Positions 40,149 through 48,597 of a stretch of DNA of 64,000 bases are shown piece by piece. The stretch covers positions 1 to 64,000 of the forward strand of contig CAVPOM010000015.1 in assembly GCA_963707025.1 (NCBI GenBank), read 5' to 3'. Within the stretch, counting starts at the first letter, position 1; each line of letters opens with the position of its first letter. Source of the DNA: an uncultured Verrucomicrobiae bacterium. Lineage in GTDB: Bacteria > Verrucomicrobiota > Verrucomicrobiia > Limisphaerales > Palsa-1400. The notes under the pieces were generated by a model. That model was not told where the DNA came from, ran no database searches, and saw only the letters and a list, made by a program, of their open reading frames with translations. The position numbers and the translations under genes were made by a program.

Positions 40149-41249
40149 TGCACCCTCACCTTGGGTTGGACGGACAAGCCCGGGGCCAGGTTGAATTGGG
40201 ACAAGTCAACCGGTTCGTCAAATATAATTTTCACCGGCACCCGTTGCACGACCTTGACGTAGTTGCCCACGGCGTTTTCCGGCGGCAGCAGGCTGAAGCG
40301 CGCCCCGGCCCCGGCCTGGAGGCTGTCCACCTTCCCGTGGAATTGGTGCTGCGGATAGGCGTCAACCTGGATGAGCACCGGCTGGCCGGGACGCATCCGC
40401 GCCAATTGCGTCTCCTTGAAATTGGCCACCACCCAGAACGTCCTCCGGCACCAGGGCCAGCAGCGCCTGGCCGGTTTGCACGTAAGCCCCCTGCTCCACC
40501 GTGCGGCGGGTGACGCGCCCGTCCCGCGGCGCAAAGACGGTGGTGTAGGAAAGCTGCAATTGCGCCTGTTGCAGCCGCACCTGGGCCTGTTGCACCTGGG
40601 CGCGGGCGGTCTGGACATCGGCGCGGTCGAGGCCCACTTGCGCGACGGCGGCCTTGGCTTTGTTGCGGGCCACCTCCACCTCGGCGGCGCCCGAGTTGGC
40701 CTGGGCTTTGGCCAGATCAAGCTGGCTGCGCGAGACGGCCTGGCTTTGCACCGATTCGTAGCGGAGGCGGTCCGCCTGGGCGCGGTCGGCGGCGGCCTGG
40801 GCGGCGACAATCGCGGCGGTTTCCTCATCGGCCTTGGCCTGGTCAACACTGACCAGCGCTTCGGCCTGGCGGACGCGGCTGTTGGCGGTGGCCAGATCGG
40901 CCGCGGCCTGGTCCAGCAGCGTCTGGTAATCCCGCGCGTCTATTTCCAGCAGCACATCCCCCGCCTTGACCCGCTGGTTGTCCGTCGCAAGCAACTTTTG
41001 CACCTGACCGGAAATCCGCGGACTGACAAAGGTGACGTAACTTTCAATAAAAGCGTCGTCCGTCGTTTCGTAGGGCGCGATGTAACGGACGTAATACCAG
41101 GCGCTGGCGCCGATGGCGGCCAGCACGATCACCACGAAAATGAAGAAACCCGGCCCCAACCGCCGGCGGGGCGGCGGCAGGGAGGCCGTCTCCGGGACGG
41201 CCGGACGCGGCGATGGGCTGGATTGATTTGTCGGGATCTTTTCGTCCAT
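40145..41249 (-). CDS. emrA: EmrA/HlyD membrane fusion protein, with a 1-nt insertion near 40437 (probably a sequencing error)
   Basis: TTDDAF...DNQRVKAGD and WVVANFKETQ...LLPPENAVGNYVKVVQRVPV are in different frames; removing one T in GACGTTCTGG restores EDVWVV. Confidence 0.88.
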
Positions 41250-41354
41250 GAACAAACTGAAACTCTGGCGTAACAACCGCCAGTTTCAATGAACACGTTG
41301 GCCGAACGCCCGCCTTTTGTCAAAACCTTGCGCCACCCCCCCTCTCCTTGCGGG

Positions 41355-41376
41355 AGGGCGAGACTCCGTCGAGCCG
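41355..41376 (+). repeat. Dispersed REP-like motif AGGGCGAGACTCCGT(C/T)GA(G/A)CCG; second copy at 44729-44750
   Basis: 20/22 identity between the two copies. Confidence 0.65.
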
Positions 41377-41472
41377 TGACTCGATTGCGTGGGTCGGGTT
41401 CAACGAATGCTGCTTCCAAGGCGGCAACACTATTCCTCCCTCAACCTGGCAAGCTCCTCGCGCAGCAACTCC

Positions 41473-41763
41473 TCACGCCGGCACCAGTTCCAATTTAATG
41501 CGCTGGCCCAAGGCACGGGCTGCTTTTTCCAAGGTCGTCAAGGTCATGGACGGATTGGAACCGTCCAACATGCGATCCACGGCGGCGCGGCTGGTCTTCA
41601 TTCGCAGAGCCATGTCGCCTTTGGAGAGGGATTTTTGTTCGATGAGCCTGGCCAGTTGCAGGGCCAAGGCGCGTTTGAGGGCGCGCGCTTCCACTTCTTC
41701 CAACACGCCGTCTTCCGCGAGAAAATCCCGGAAATCGCTTCCCCGATGCTTTTTCTTAGTCAT
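41473..41763 (-). CDS. XRE/HigA-like HTH antitoxin with no adjacent toxin
   Basis: HRGSDFRDFL, MALRMKTSRAAVDRML, TLTTLEKAARALG. Confidence 0.82.
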   Translation of the reverse strand: MTKKKHRGSDFRDFLAEDGVLEEVEARALKRALALQLARLIEQKSLSKGDMALRMKTSRAAVDRMLDGSNPSMTLTTLEKAARALGQRIKLELVPA

Positions 41764-41788
41764 GGTCTGGCAGGTGCTCTCAAAACAA

Positions 41789-41816
41789 CTGTATCAAAAA
41801 TGATACTAATGTCAAG
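41789..41816 (-). promoter_or_regulatory. Sigma70 promoter overlapped by a palindromic operator
   Basis: TTGACA-16 nt-TACAGT; perfect GTATCA-AAAA-TGATAC at 41791-41806. Confidence 0.65.
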
Positions 41817-41819
41817 CCG

Positions 41820-42166
41820 GGTGCCTCGCTGTTTTCAGTGGAATGAAAAGCGACGTTTGGAGCGTCATCATTGGTTTTGCCAATCCCAACGGGATTGAAT
41901 CTTGCAGCCCAGGGTTGCGAGGAACGAGCTACCCTGGGTGAGATCATAGAAGAATCACAACCCTGCCAGGGTTGAATCTGCTTCCTAAGGCGTTGATATT
42001 CAACCCCTTCAGGGTTGTGTAATTCGAACACACTAACCCAGGGTAGGCCTCGCGGATTCGGCCAACCCTGGGCTGAGTGATTCAATCCCTTCGGGATTGC
42101 AGGACCGTTATTGGCAGCGATTTGATGAACAAGTCATTTCGATTCCACCGAAAACAGCGAGGAACC
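41820..42166. mobile_element. MITE (347 bp) with 25-bp terminal inverted repeats and an 8-bp target duplication
   Basis: TIRs GGT(G/T)CCTCGCTGTTTTC(A/G)GTGGAAT (23/25); flanks TCAAGCCG and TCAAGCGG. Confidence 0.75.
41881..42099. repeat. ~220-bp composite palindromic REP-like element, copy 1
   Basis: CAATCCCAACGGGATTGAATC...CCCAGGGT...ACCCTGGG...GATTCAATCCCTTCGGGATTG; copy 2 at 60022-60242. Confidence 0.85.
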
Positions 42167-42189
42167 TCAAGCGGCAGGATGCCTGGAGC

Positions 42190-42714
42190 CTATTGCACCA
42201 CCGGATGCACCAAGCAATTCGGCCCTAACTTCAGCGTTCCTTTCTTGTCCGGATCGCCCGCAAATGGATCAATGTAAACAATTTTGCCTTTAATTGCTCC
42301 ATCAAGAATCTCTGCGCTGATGCTATAACCCATTGTGGTATATGAAAAGCAACGTTCCAATTTTATACAACGAAATCTTGTTCCATTTGTAAGCAAATGC
42401 AGGTCCTTCCAGCATTTCCCCGGATTGGCTTTGAACATCTCGACCGTGATCGGGCCACCAAATAGCCGTTGAGAATCATAATTGGCGGTATCCTTAAACG
42501 CTCCCAGTGTGAGCTTGCTTCCGTCTAAGAGAGTGTCTTCATTTAAGGCCACAATTTGGCCGCGATGCATTTCACCCCACCACGCTGGATTAGACGTCAC
42601 GTCATAGGTGCGTCCATCACCAAAAATCTCTAAACACCCCGTCAAGGCAATGGCCGCGACAAGGGCCGGCACCATTTGAAGAAAGTGTTTAACAAGGCAA
42701 CTGGACTGGTTCAT
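42190..42714 (-). CDS. Hypothetical lipoprotein, AT-rich
   Basis: LTGC lipobox; visibly lower GC than its neighbours. Confidence 0.65.
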   Translation of the reverse strand: MNQSSCLVKHFLQMVPALVAAIALTGCLEIFGDGRTYDVTSNPAWWGEMHRGQIVALNEDTLLDGSKLTLGAFKDTANYDSQRLFGGPITVEMFKANPGKCWKDLHLLTNGTRFRCIKLERCFSYTTMGYSISAEILDGAIKGKIVYIDPFAGDPDKKGTLKLGPNCLVHPVVQ

Positions 42715-42749
42715 CGTGAATGCCACTTTTCGGGGCGCAAATTAACGGG

Positions 42750-43661
42750 TTAAGCCGGTTTCGCAGCAGCGCCGGGTTCCCGCGCGGCCAGAATTTGCGG
42801 CAGCAACTCCCCGTTCTTGGGCACCAGCGTTATGTCGGCCTGGCCTTCGATCATTTTTTCTGTCTCCAGGATCTCGAACATGGCCCGCGCGATTTCCGGG
42901 TCCTGCGAAATCTTTTCCAGGGCCGCGCCGACAATTTCCGGGCGCAGGGCGGCGGCTTTGGCGAACTCAATCGCCGCCTGCCGCTCCGCCGTGCTGGTGA
43001 TGATGCTCACCTGATTGGCCCCGTCCTGCTTGATGGCGGATGTCACCTGGCGCAGGCGGTTGACCACTTTGGCCTCGATGCCCTTGATCATGGCGGCGTC
43101 GCGGAAATGGACTTTGCGAATATAAATCGAGCCGAGCCGATAGCCCCATTCGAGCGACTTGGCCGAAACCTCCTCCCGCACCGTCTGGCTCATGAAATGC
43201 CGGTTTTCCAGCATGTCGGCCAGCTTCATGTTGCTCAGGCAGCGCACGGTCGAGTTGCTGATGTTGGCGGCCAGCGAGCCGCGCGGGTCGGCGTTCTTGA
43301 ACAGGTAGGCCACCGGATCGCTGATCTGCATTTCGTACCAGATGCCGATGCCCATGGGCGCGCCTTCCTCGGAATTGACCGGGGTGCTGCGGATGTAGGC
43401 CTGGTCCAGGCGCAAATCAATTTCGTGGCAGCGGCCCAGCCAGTTGGCAATGGGCGCCCGCAACCCCATTTTGGCCCAGAGAAAGTGCAGGCCCGGCTCG
43501 TCCAGCACCGCGATGACCTTGCCGAAAAGCATATAGACTTTGCACTGGCGTTCCCCGACCACGGTGTAAAAACCCAAAAGCCGGGCCAGGCCCAGGACGA
43601 ACGGCTCGACCACGAACATGACGAAGAAGGCCGCGATGCCGGCCAGGAAAAATCTACTCAC
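42750..43661 (-). CDS. SPFH/band 7 domain protein
   Basis: N-terminal TM, EPGLHF, SPFH-like core; GTGA overlap with the upstream SPFH gene. Confidence 0.85.
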   Translation of the reverse strand: MSRFFLAGIAAFFVMFVVEPFVLGLARLLGFYTVVGERQCKVYMLFGKVIAVLDEPGLHFLWAKMGLRAPIANWLGRCHEIDLRLDQAYIRSTPVNSEEGAPMGIGIWYEMQISDPVAYLFKNADPRGSLAANISNSTVRCLSNMKLADMLENRHFMSQTVREEVSAKSLEWGYRLGSIYIRKVHFRDAAMIKGIEAKVVNRLRQVTSAIKQDGANQVSIITSTAERQAAIEFAKAAALRPEIVGAALEKISQDPEIARAMFEILETEKMIEGQADITLVPKNGELLPQILAAREPGAAAKPA

Positions 43662-44638
43662 GGGAGCCCCTCCAAAATCACGCGCCGCGCCTGGCTGAAC
43701 AATTTCAGCCGCACGTTGCGAATATAAGCGCCCAGCGCCCCCGGACCGCTTTTCTTCAACTCCCGCAATTGCGCCGCCACCGCCGTGAGCGGTTCGACCT
43801 CCGCCTGCGCCTTGAGCGTTTCGATTTCCACCGCGCGATGGGATTGCACCAGCTTCTGATCGGCCGCGGCCTGGGCCAGGCTGATGTCCGACGAAACCTG
43901 GTTGTAGGCCGTGTTGATCGCCGCCAGGGCCGATTCCACCTCCACCGGCGGGTCAATGCCGGTGATGAGCGAGGCGTCCAGCGTCATCCCGTAGCGCGCC
44001 CCGGAAGAGGCGCACTCGCTGTCCATGTGCCCGTTGATGTCGGGCAGGTTTTTGCGCAAATCATTGATGGAAATGCCGATGACCGGGGGCGCGCCCGGTT
44101 GGTTGGAAGCAGCGGCCGCGGGCGCTTCAAAATTGGCGATGCGTTCGCGCAACACCGAAATAAAATAGCCCATGACGTGGACAATGGGCCGTTTCACGCC
44201 GAAGAGGAAGGCGTAGAGGTTTTTCTCCGAAACCCGGTAGCGAATCTGGCCCTTCAGCCCGGTGTTGAGCTGGTCCTTGGTCACCGCTTCGAGGAAGGCC
44301 CCCTGGTTGTTGGCCGCGGGATCCTCCGGGTCGTAGGCCATGTTCATGATCTGGGTGGCGATGGGCGCCTTATAGACTTTTTCCCACGGCCATTTGAAGT
44401 AGGGGCTCCCCGGCTGGATGACGCGCACTTGCGGATAGCAATAGCGTTCGCGCTCCCCGGCCTCCAGGCTTTGGGATATGGGGTCGTCCAGGGTCGTGGC
44501 CGAGCCGACCCGTTCCGCGCGGCCAAAACTGGTTTTCACCGCGCGTTCATTTTGATTGACAGTATAAATGCCGCCCGCCAGATAGCGCACCAGAAACCAC
44601 GCGACAAACCCGATAATGCAGCCGAGGAGAATGAGCAT
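43658..44638 (-). CDS. SPFH/band 7 domain protein
   Basis: YTVNQNERAVKTSFG, PYFKWPW, TKDQ, ITGIDPPVEV, C-terminal coiled coil; start MLILLG inferred. Confidence 0.85.
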   Translation of the reverse strand: MLILLGCIIGFVAWFLVRYLAGGIYTVNQNERAVKTSFGRAERVGSATTLDDPISQSLEAGERERYCYPQVRVIQPGSPYFKWPWEKVYKAPIATQIMNMAYDPEDPAANNQGAFLEAVTKDQLNTGLKGQIRYRVSEKNLYAFLFGVKRPIVHVMGYFISVLRERIANFEAPAAAASNQPGAPPVIGISINDLRKNLPDINGHMDSECASSGARYGMTLDASLITGIDPPVEVESALAAINTAYNQVSSDISLAQAAADQKLVQSHRAVEIETLKAQAEVEPLTAVAAQLRELKKSGPGALGAYIRNVRLKLFSQARRVILEGLP

Positions 44639-44784
44639 AAGCGTAAACTTGAAATCCGTTGTATTCGGCCGTCGCCCCTTTGGCAAGGGCAATCGGGCCA
44701 GGCTGGTCATGTTTCCGTCATAGGGGGTAGGGCGAGACTCCGTTGAACCGAAACGCGATTTCTTGGCCCTATCCACGCAGAAGA

Positions 44785-44943
44785 GAACCGCTGATGAACA
44801 CTGATGAACACGGATTCTACGGCGCAGAAAAGGGGGGTTCTCCGTGCTCCTTTCGGCCACGATTTGGCGGCTCCGTCCAGTCAGAGGGAAAAGCTCATCG
44901 GCCCCTTGTCTTATCCGTGTCCATCAGTGTTCATCCGTGGTTC
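44785..44943. repeat. Inverted-repeat element with 31-bp arms built from 10-bp units
   Basis: GAACCGCTGATGAACACTGATGAACACGGAT versus the reverse complement of 44913-44943 (28/31). Confidence 0.85.
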
Positions 44944-45838
44944 AATTGCCTTTCTTCAAAACAGTCTCCCTGGCGCATTGCAAAAACTGTCCGGCGGCGG
45001 CGGTCAGCCCGTGACCGGCCCAGGCCGCGCCCACCACCAGCGGCGGCGGCGCGGGGGAAAAGGGAATGAGCTTCAAGCGCGGCCCCGCCGTGCAAGCCAG
45101 GGATTGCGGCACGATGGCCACTCCGTTGCCCGCCTCGACCGCCGCGATCAGGCTGCTGACGCTGTCGTGCTCCTCCGCGATGCGCGGTTTGCTTTTGACG
45201 GCGGCAAACATGGCGGCGAGAGTTTCGTGCGCGTCGGGATAATCCTTGCGGCTGTAGGTGATGAGCGGCTCCCGCGCCGCCTCGGCCAGTGTCACGGCGC
45301 GCCGCCCGGCCAGCGGATGTTTTGGGGCCACGGCCAGGCGGAAAGCGTCCCGCGCCAGGTCCTCGAAGCGCAGTCCGCGCAACAAGGCGGGCAGCCGCAC
45401 CACGAAGGCGATCTGCAATTTGCCGTCGCGCAAGCCGGCCAGCATTTCCTCGGTGGAGAAATCATGCAATTTGACGCGGACACCGGGCGAAATGGCCTGA
45501 AAGGCGCGCAGCGTCTGCGGCAGAAAACGGGCCGTGAGTGACGGCGCGTAGCCGACGTGCAGTTCGCCGCGCGCGCCGGTGGCGATGGCGTGGGCCGTTT
45601 TCACCGCCTCCTCCGCGCGCAGTAGCACGGCGCGGGCTTCGGTCAAAAACGCGCGGCCCGCCTCGGTCAGCCGCACCGACTTGGCGCTGCGCGTGAGCAG
45701 CAAAAAGCCCAGCTCGTCCTCCAGATCGCGGACCTGGCGGCTGAGGGCCGGTTGCGAAACATGCAATTTCAAGGCGGCGCGGGAGACGTTCTCCTCTTCC
45801 GCGACGCCGATGAAATAGCGGAGATGGCGCAGTTCCAT
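44942..45838 (-). CDS. LysR-family transcriptional regulator
   Basis: MELRHLRYF...AALKLHVSQPALSRQVRDLEDELG. Confidence 0.96.
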   Translation of the reverse strand: MELRHLRYFIGVAEEENVSRAALKLHVSQPALSRQVRDLEDELGFLLLTRSAKSVRLTEAGRAFLTEARAVLLRAEEAVKTAHAIATGARGELHVGYAPSLTARFLPQTLRAFQAISPGVRVKLHDFSTEEMLAGLRDGKLQIAFVVRLPALLRGLRFEDLARDAFRLAVAPKHPLAGRRAVTLAEAAREPLITYSRKDYPDAHETLAAMFAAVKSKPRIAEEHDSVSSLIAAVEAGNGVAIVPQSLACTAGPRLKLIPFSPAPPPLVVGAAWAGHGLTAAAGQFLQCARETVLKKGN

Positions 45839-45850
45839 GCGCGGCCCAGT

Positions 45851-45865
45851 ATGCCTTTTGGTTAT
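45851..45865. promoter_or_regulatory. Putative LysR box (T-N11-A)
   Basis: ATGCCTTTTGGTTAT in the divergent lysR/pirin intergenic region. Confidence 0.5.
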
Positions 45866-45923
45866 AGTGAGTCAAGAAACATGGTCTTTCCCAAAATCTC
45901 CCGGCGTGTGGCACAGTGCGGGC

Positions 45924-46619
45924 ATGATGAAAATTAGAAAAGCAAACGAACGGGGCCACGCCGAACACGGCTGGCTGGACACGTATCACACCTTCAGCTT
46001 CGCCGACTATTACGACCCGCGCTGGATGGGCTTCCGCAGCCTGCGCGTCATCAACGACGATCTGGTCATGCCTGGGATGGGCTTCGGCACGCATCCCCAT
46101 CGCGACATGGAGATCATCACCTACATCCTCAGCGGCGCGCTGGAGCACAAGGATTCGATGGGCCACGGCCGGGTGATCCGCGCGGGCGAGGTGCAATACA
46201 TGGCCGCCGGAACAGGAGTGCAGCACAGCGAATTCAACCCATCCAAGGAGGAAGCGGTGCATCTGCTCCAGATCTGGATTCAGCCCGACCGCAAAGGCGT
46301 CACGCCGCGCTACGCGGAGAAGTCGCTGGCGGATGCGCCGCCCGGAACGCTGCGCCTGGTCACGAGCAAGACGGGCCGCGACGGTTCGATCGCCATTCAT
46401 CAGGACGCCGATCTCTGGCTTGCCAAATTGGAAACCGGCAATAAAGTGACGCACAAGCTGGCGAAGGGCCGCCATGCCTGGGTTCACGTCGCAGAAGGTG
46501 AAGTGCTGTTGAACGGCAAAAAACTGGACGGCGGCGATGCCGCGGCCATCAGCGATGAAACTTCGCTGGAGTTGAGCGCGGCCAAACCGTCGCAAGTCCT
46601 TTTATTTGACCTGAACTGA
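45924..46619 (+). CDS. Pirin family protein (YhhW-like)
   Basis: HGWLDTYHTFSF, HPHRDMEI, HKDSMG, GVQHSE, LLQIW. Confidence 0.95.
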   Translation: MMKIRKANERGHAEHGWLDTYHTFSFADYYDPRWMGFRSLRVINDDLVMPGMGFGTHPHRDMEIITYILSGALEHKDSMGHGRVIRAGEVQYMAAGTGVQHSEFNPSKEEAVHLLQIWIQPDRKGVTPRYAEKSLADAPPGTLRLVTSKTGRDGSIAIHQDADLWLAKLETGNKVTHKLAKGRHAWVHVAEGEVLLNGKKLDGGDAAAISDETSLELSAAKPSQVLLFDLN

Positions 46620-46651
46620 AATCGGCTGAAACAACAAAACGAAAAAACAAT

Positions 46652-47224
46652 ATGAGCACTGTATCCGTCATCTACTTCTCCGGCACCGGCCACACCGCCA
46701 AATTGGCGGAGGCCGTCCACCGGGGCGCCGCTTCGGTGGCCGGCGTGAAGACCCATCTCATCGCCCTCAAGGGCGACGACATCATCAAGGGCCGCTACAA
46801 AAACGATACCGTGATGGCGCAACTGGACGCCAGCGACGCGATCATTTTTGGCAGCCCCACTTACATGGGCGGGCCGGCGGCGCAGTTCAAGGCGCTGGCC
46901 GATGCCACCGGCGAACGCTGGTACGGCGGCGCCTGGCGCGACAAGCTGGCGGCCGGTTTCACCGTTTCCGGCGGTCCGAGCGGCGACAAGCTCAGCACGT
47001 TGTATTATTTTTTCACCCTGGCCATGCAGCATGGCATGATTTGGATCGGCCTGCCGGACCTGCCCATGAATGACAAAGGCATCAACCGCTTGAGCAGTTA
47101 CAGCGGCGTCATGGCCCAGGCCGGCCAGGAATCGCCCGACGTGGCTCCGAACGAAGCGGACAAAGCCACCGGCGAAATCCTCGGCCGCCGCGTCGCCGAG
47201 TTCGCCGTCAAACTGAAAAAGTAA
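46652..47224 (+). CDS. WrbA-like flavodoxin-fold NAD(P)H:quinone oxidoreductase
   Basis: YFSGTGHTAKLAE, GSPTYMG, DKLAAGFT. Confidence 0.9.
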   Translation: MSTVSVIYFSGTGHTAKLAEAVHRGAASVAGVKTHLIALKGDDIIKGRYKNDTVMAQLDASDAIIFGSPTYMGGPAAQFKALADATGERWYGGAWRDKLAAGFTVSGGPSGDKLSTLYYFFTLAMQHGMIWIGLPDLPMNDKGINRLSSYSGVMAQAGQESPDVAPNEADKATGEILGRRVAEFAVKLKK

Positions 47225-47250
47225 AGGCAGCCTTCTACCTCGTCATAAAC

Positions 47251-47625
47251 ATGAAGATCGCCACCATCATCGCCCGCGTCCTGCTCGGACTCATTTTTGT
47301 CGTTTTCGGCCTGAACGCGTTCCTCAACTTTATCAAAATGCCGCCGCCGCCCGCGGGGCCGGCGGGCGCGTTCATGGGCGCGTTCTTCGCCAGCGGCTGG
47401 CTTTATGCCGTCAAATGTTTTGAAATCGCCGGCGGCCTGCTCCTGCTCCTCGGATGGAAAGTGCCGCTGGGACTGACCCTGCTCGGCCCGGTCATTGTGA
47501 ACATTCTTTTCTACGACATCTTTCTGGATCACAGCGCCCTGCCGATGGGAATTGTCGTCGCCGCCCTTGCTTTGTTTCTCTTGTGGGCCAAACGCAGCGC
47601 CTTCGCCGGGCTGCTCAAAAACTGA
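47251..47625 (+). CDS. DoxX-family membrane protein
   Basis: ARVLLGLIFVVFGLN...EIAGGLLLL...PVIVNI. Confidence 0.85.
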   Translation: MKIATIIARVLLGLIFVVFGLNAFLNFIKMPPPPAGPAGAFMGAFFASGWLYAVKCFEIAGGLLLLLGWKVPLGLTLLGPVIVNILFYDIFLDHSALPMGIVVAALALFLLWAKRSAFAGLLKN

Positions 47626-47672
47626 TTTCCGGCGCGACAGAGTATTATCCAAGGATTTCCGTCCAACAGATT

Positions 47673-48239
47673 GTGAAACCCAAGATCATGCTCGCTCTCG
47701 CGCTCGTTTTGAGCGGCGGCTTGCCTGGATGCAGCACGACGGCGCGACGTGCCATGGAGAGCCGGCAATGGGGACCTGCAAGCAACGGCCTGCAAATGTC
47801 CCTCTCCGTCTTGATGACCGGCAATCGGGATGATCCGGAGTTTGAGGTCGCGTTTTGGAATGTGGGAGAACAAGATGTCTGCCTGGGCCTGGGCTCTATG
47901 TTGGACAATGGCAGAGTGCAGCTTCCCGATAAAATCCATCTCAATCTTTTGGACGGAAGTGGAAGGAATCGAGAACTCCACTTTTCGGACAGAAGGCATC
48001 CGGGCGCTGCCGGCCGCCTCGATGATTATGTCGTCCCGATCAGGGGCGGTTCCACTTACACCGTGAGATTGCGGCTGGACCAATTCTGGTCGCCGGCTAC
48101 GAAGGAGTTTGCATTGAAGCTGGCACCTGGCCGCTATGAGGTTACGGCTCAGTTTCAGGAGGGCCGCGCAGAAACGAGAAACCTGATCTTCGTCTGGACA
48201 GGAAAGCTCCAATCCAACCTCGCGGAAATGGTTGAATGA
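47673..48239 (+). CDS. Hypothetical lipoprotein
   Basis: LPGC lipobox; WGPASNGLQMSL...PGRYEV; lower GC than its neighbours. Confidence 0.6.
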   Translation: MKPKIMLALALVLSGGLPGCSTTARRAMESRQWGPASNGLQMSLSVLMTGNRDDPEFEVAFWNVGEQDVCLGLGSMLDNGRVQLPDKIHLNLLDGSGRNRELHFSDRRHPGAAGRLDDYVVPIRGGSTYTVRLRLDQFWSPATKEFALKLAPGRYEVTAQFQEGRAETRNLIFVWTGKLQSNLAEMVE

Positions 48240-48597
48240 AATCCAAAATCCTCCTCCCCCTCTCGCTCGTTGCGGAGGGTTCCTCCTCAACCGCGCCTTT
48301 CGTGGGCGGTGACGTCGAACAAGAACCTGTTTCCGATTTTCTCTCGAAGAGGATGTCAGAAATATCCTTGTCAGAAATATAATTCGCCCTGTCCCCCCGT
48401 TCGGAGGGAAGCGGGCTAATTTCATTTTTATGACCCCATTTTTCTGACATCGCCTTCCTTGAAAAATGTTCGATTTGCGCCTGCCGCCACGAACTCATTC
48501 TCGCGCAAGCCGTGTTTCTTGATTCGTTTTTGGCACAGCCTGAACCCGCGCATTTGTGAGGCTTGGCAGGGAATGGGGTTTTTGCCATGCTCAGGCC

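Noticed and set aside
41780..42277. Short ORFs over the MITE/palindrome (also 59771-60279)
   Set aside because: They are readings of repeat DNA
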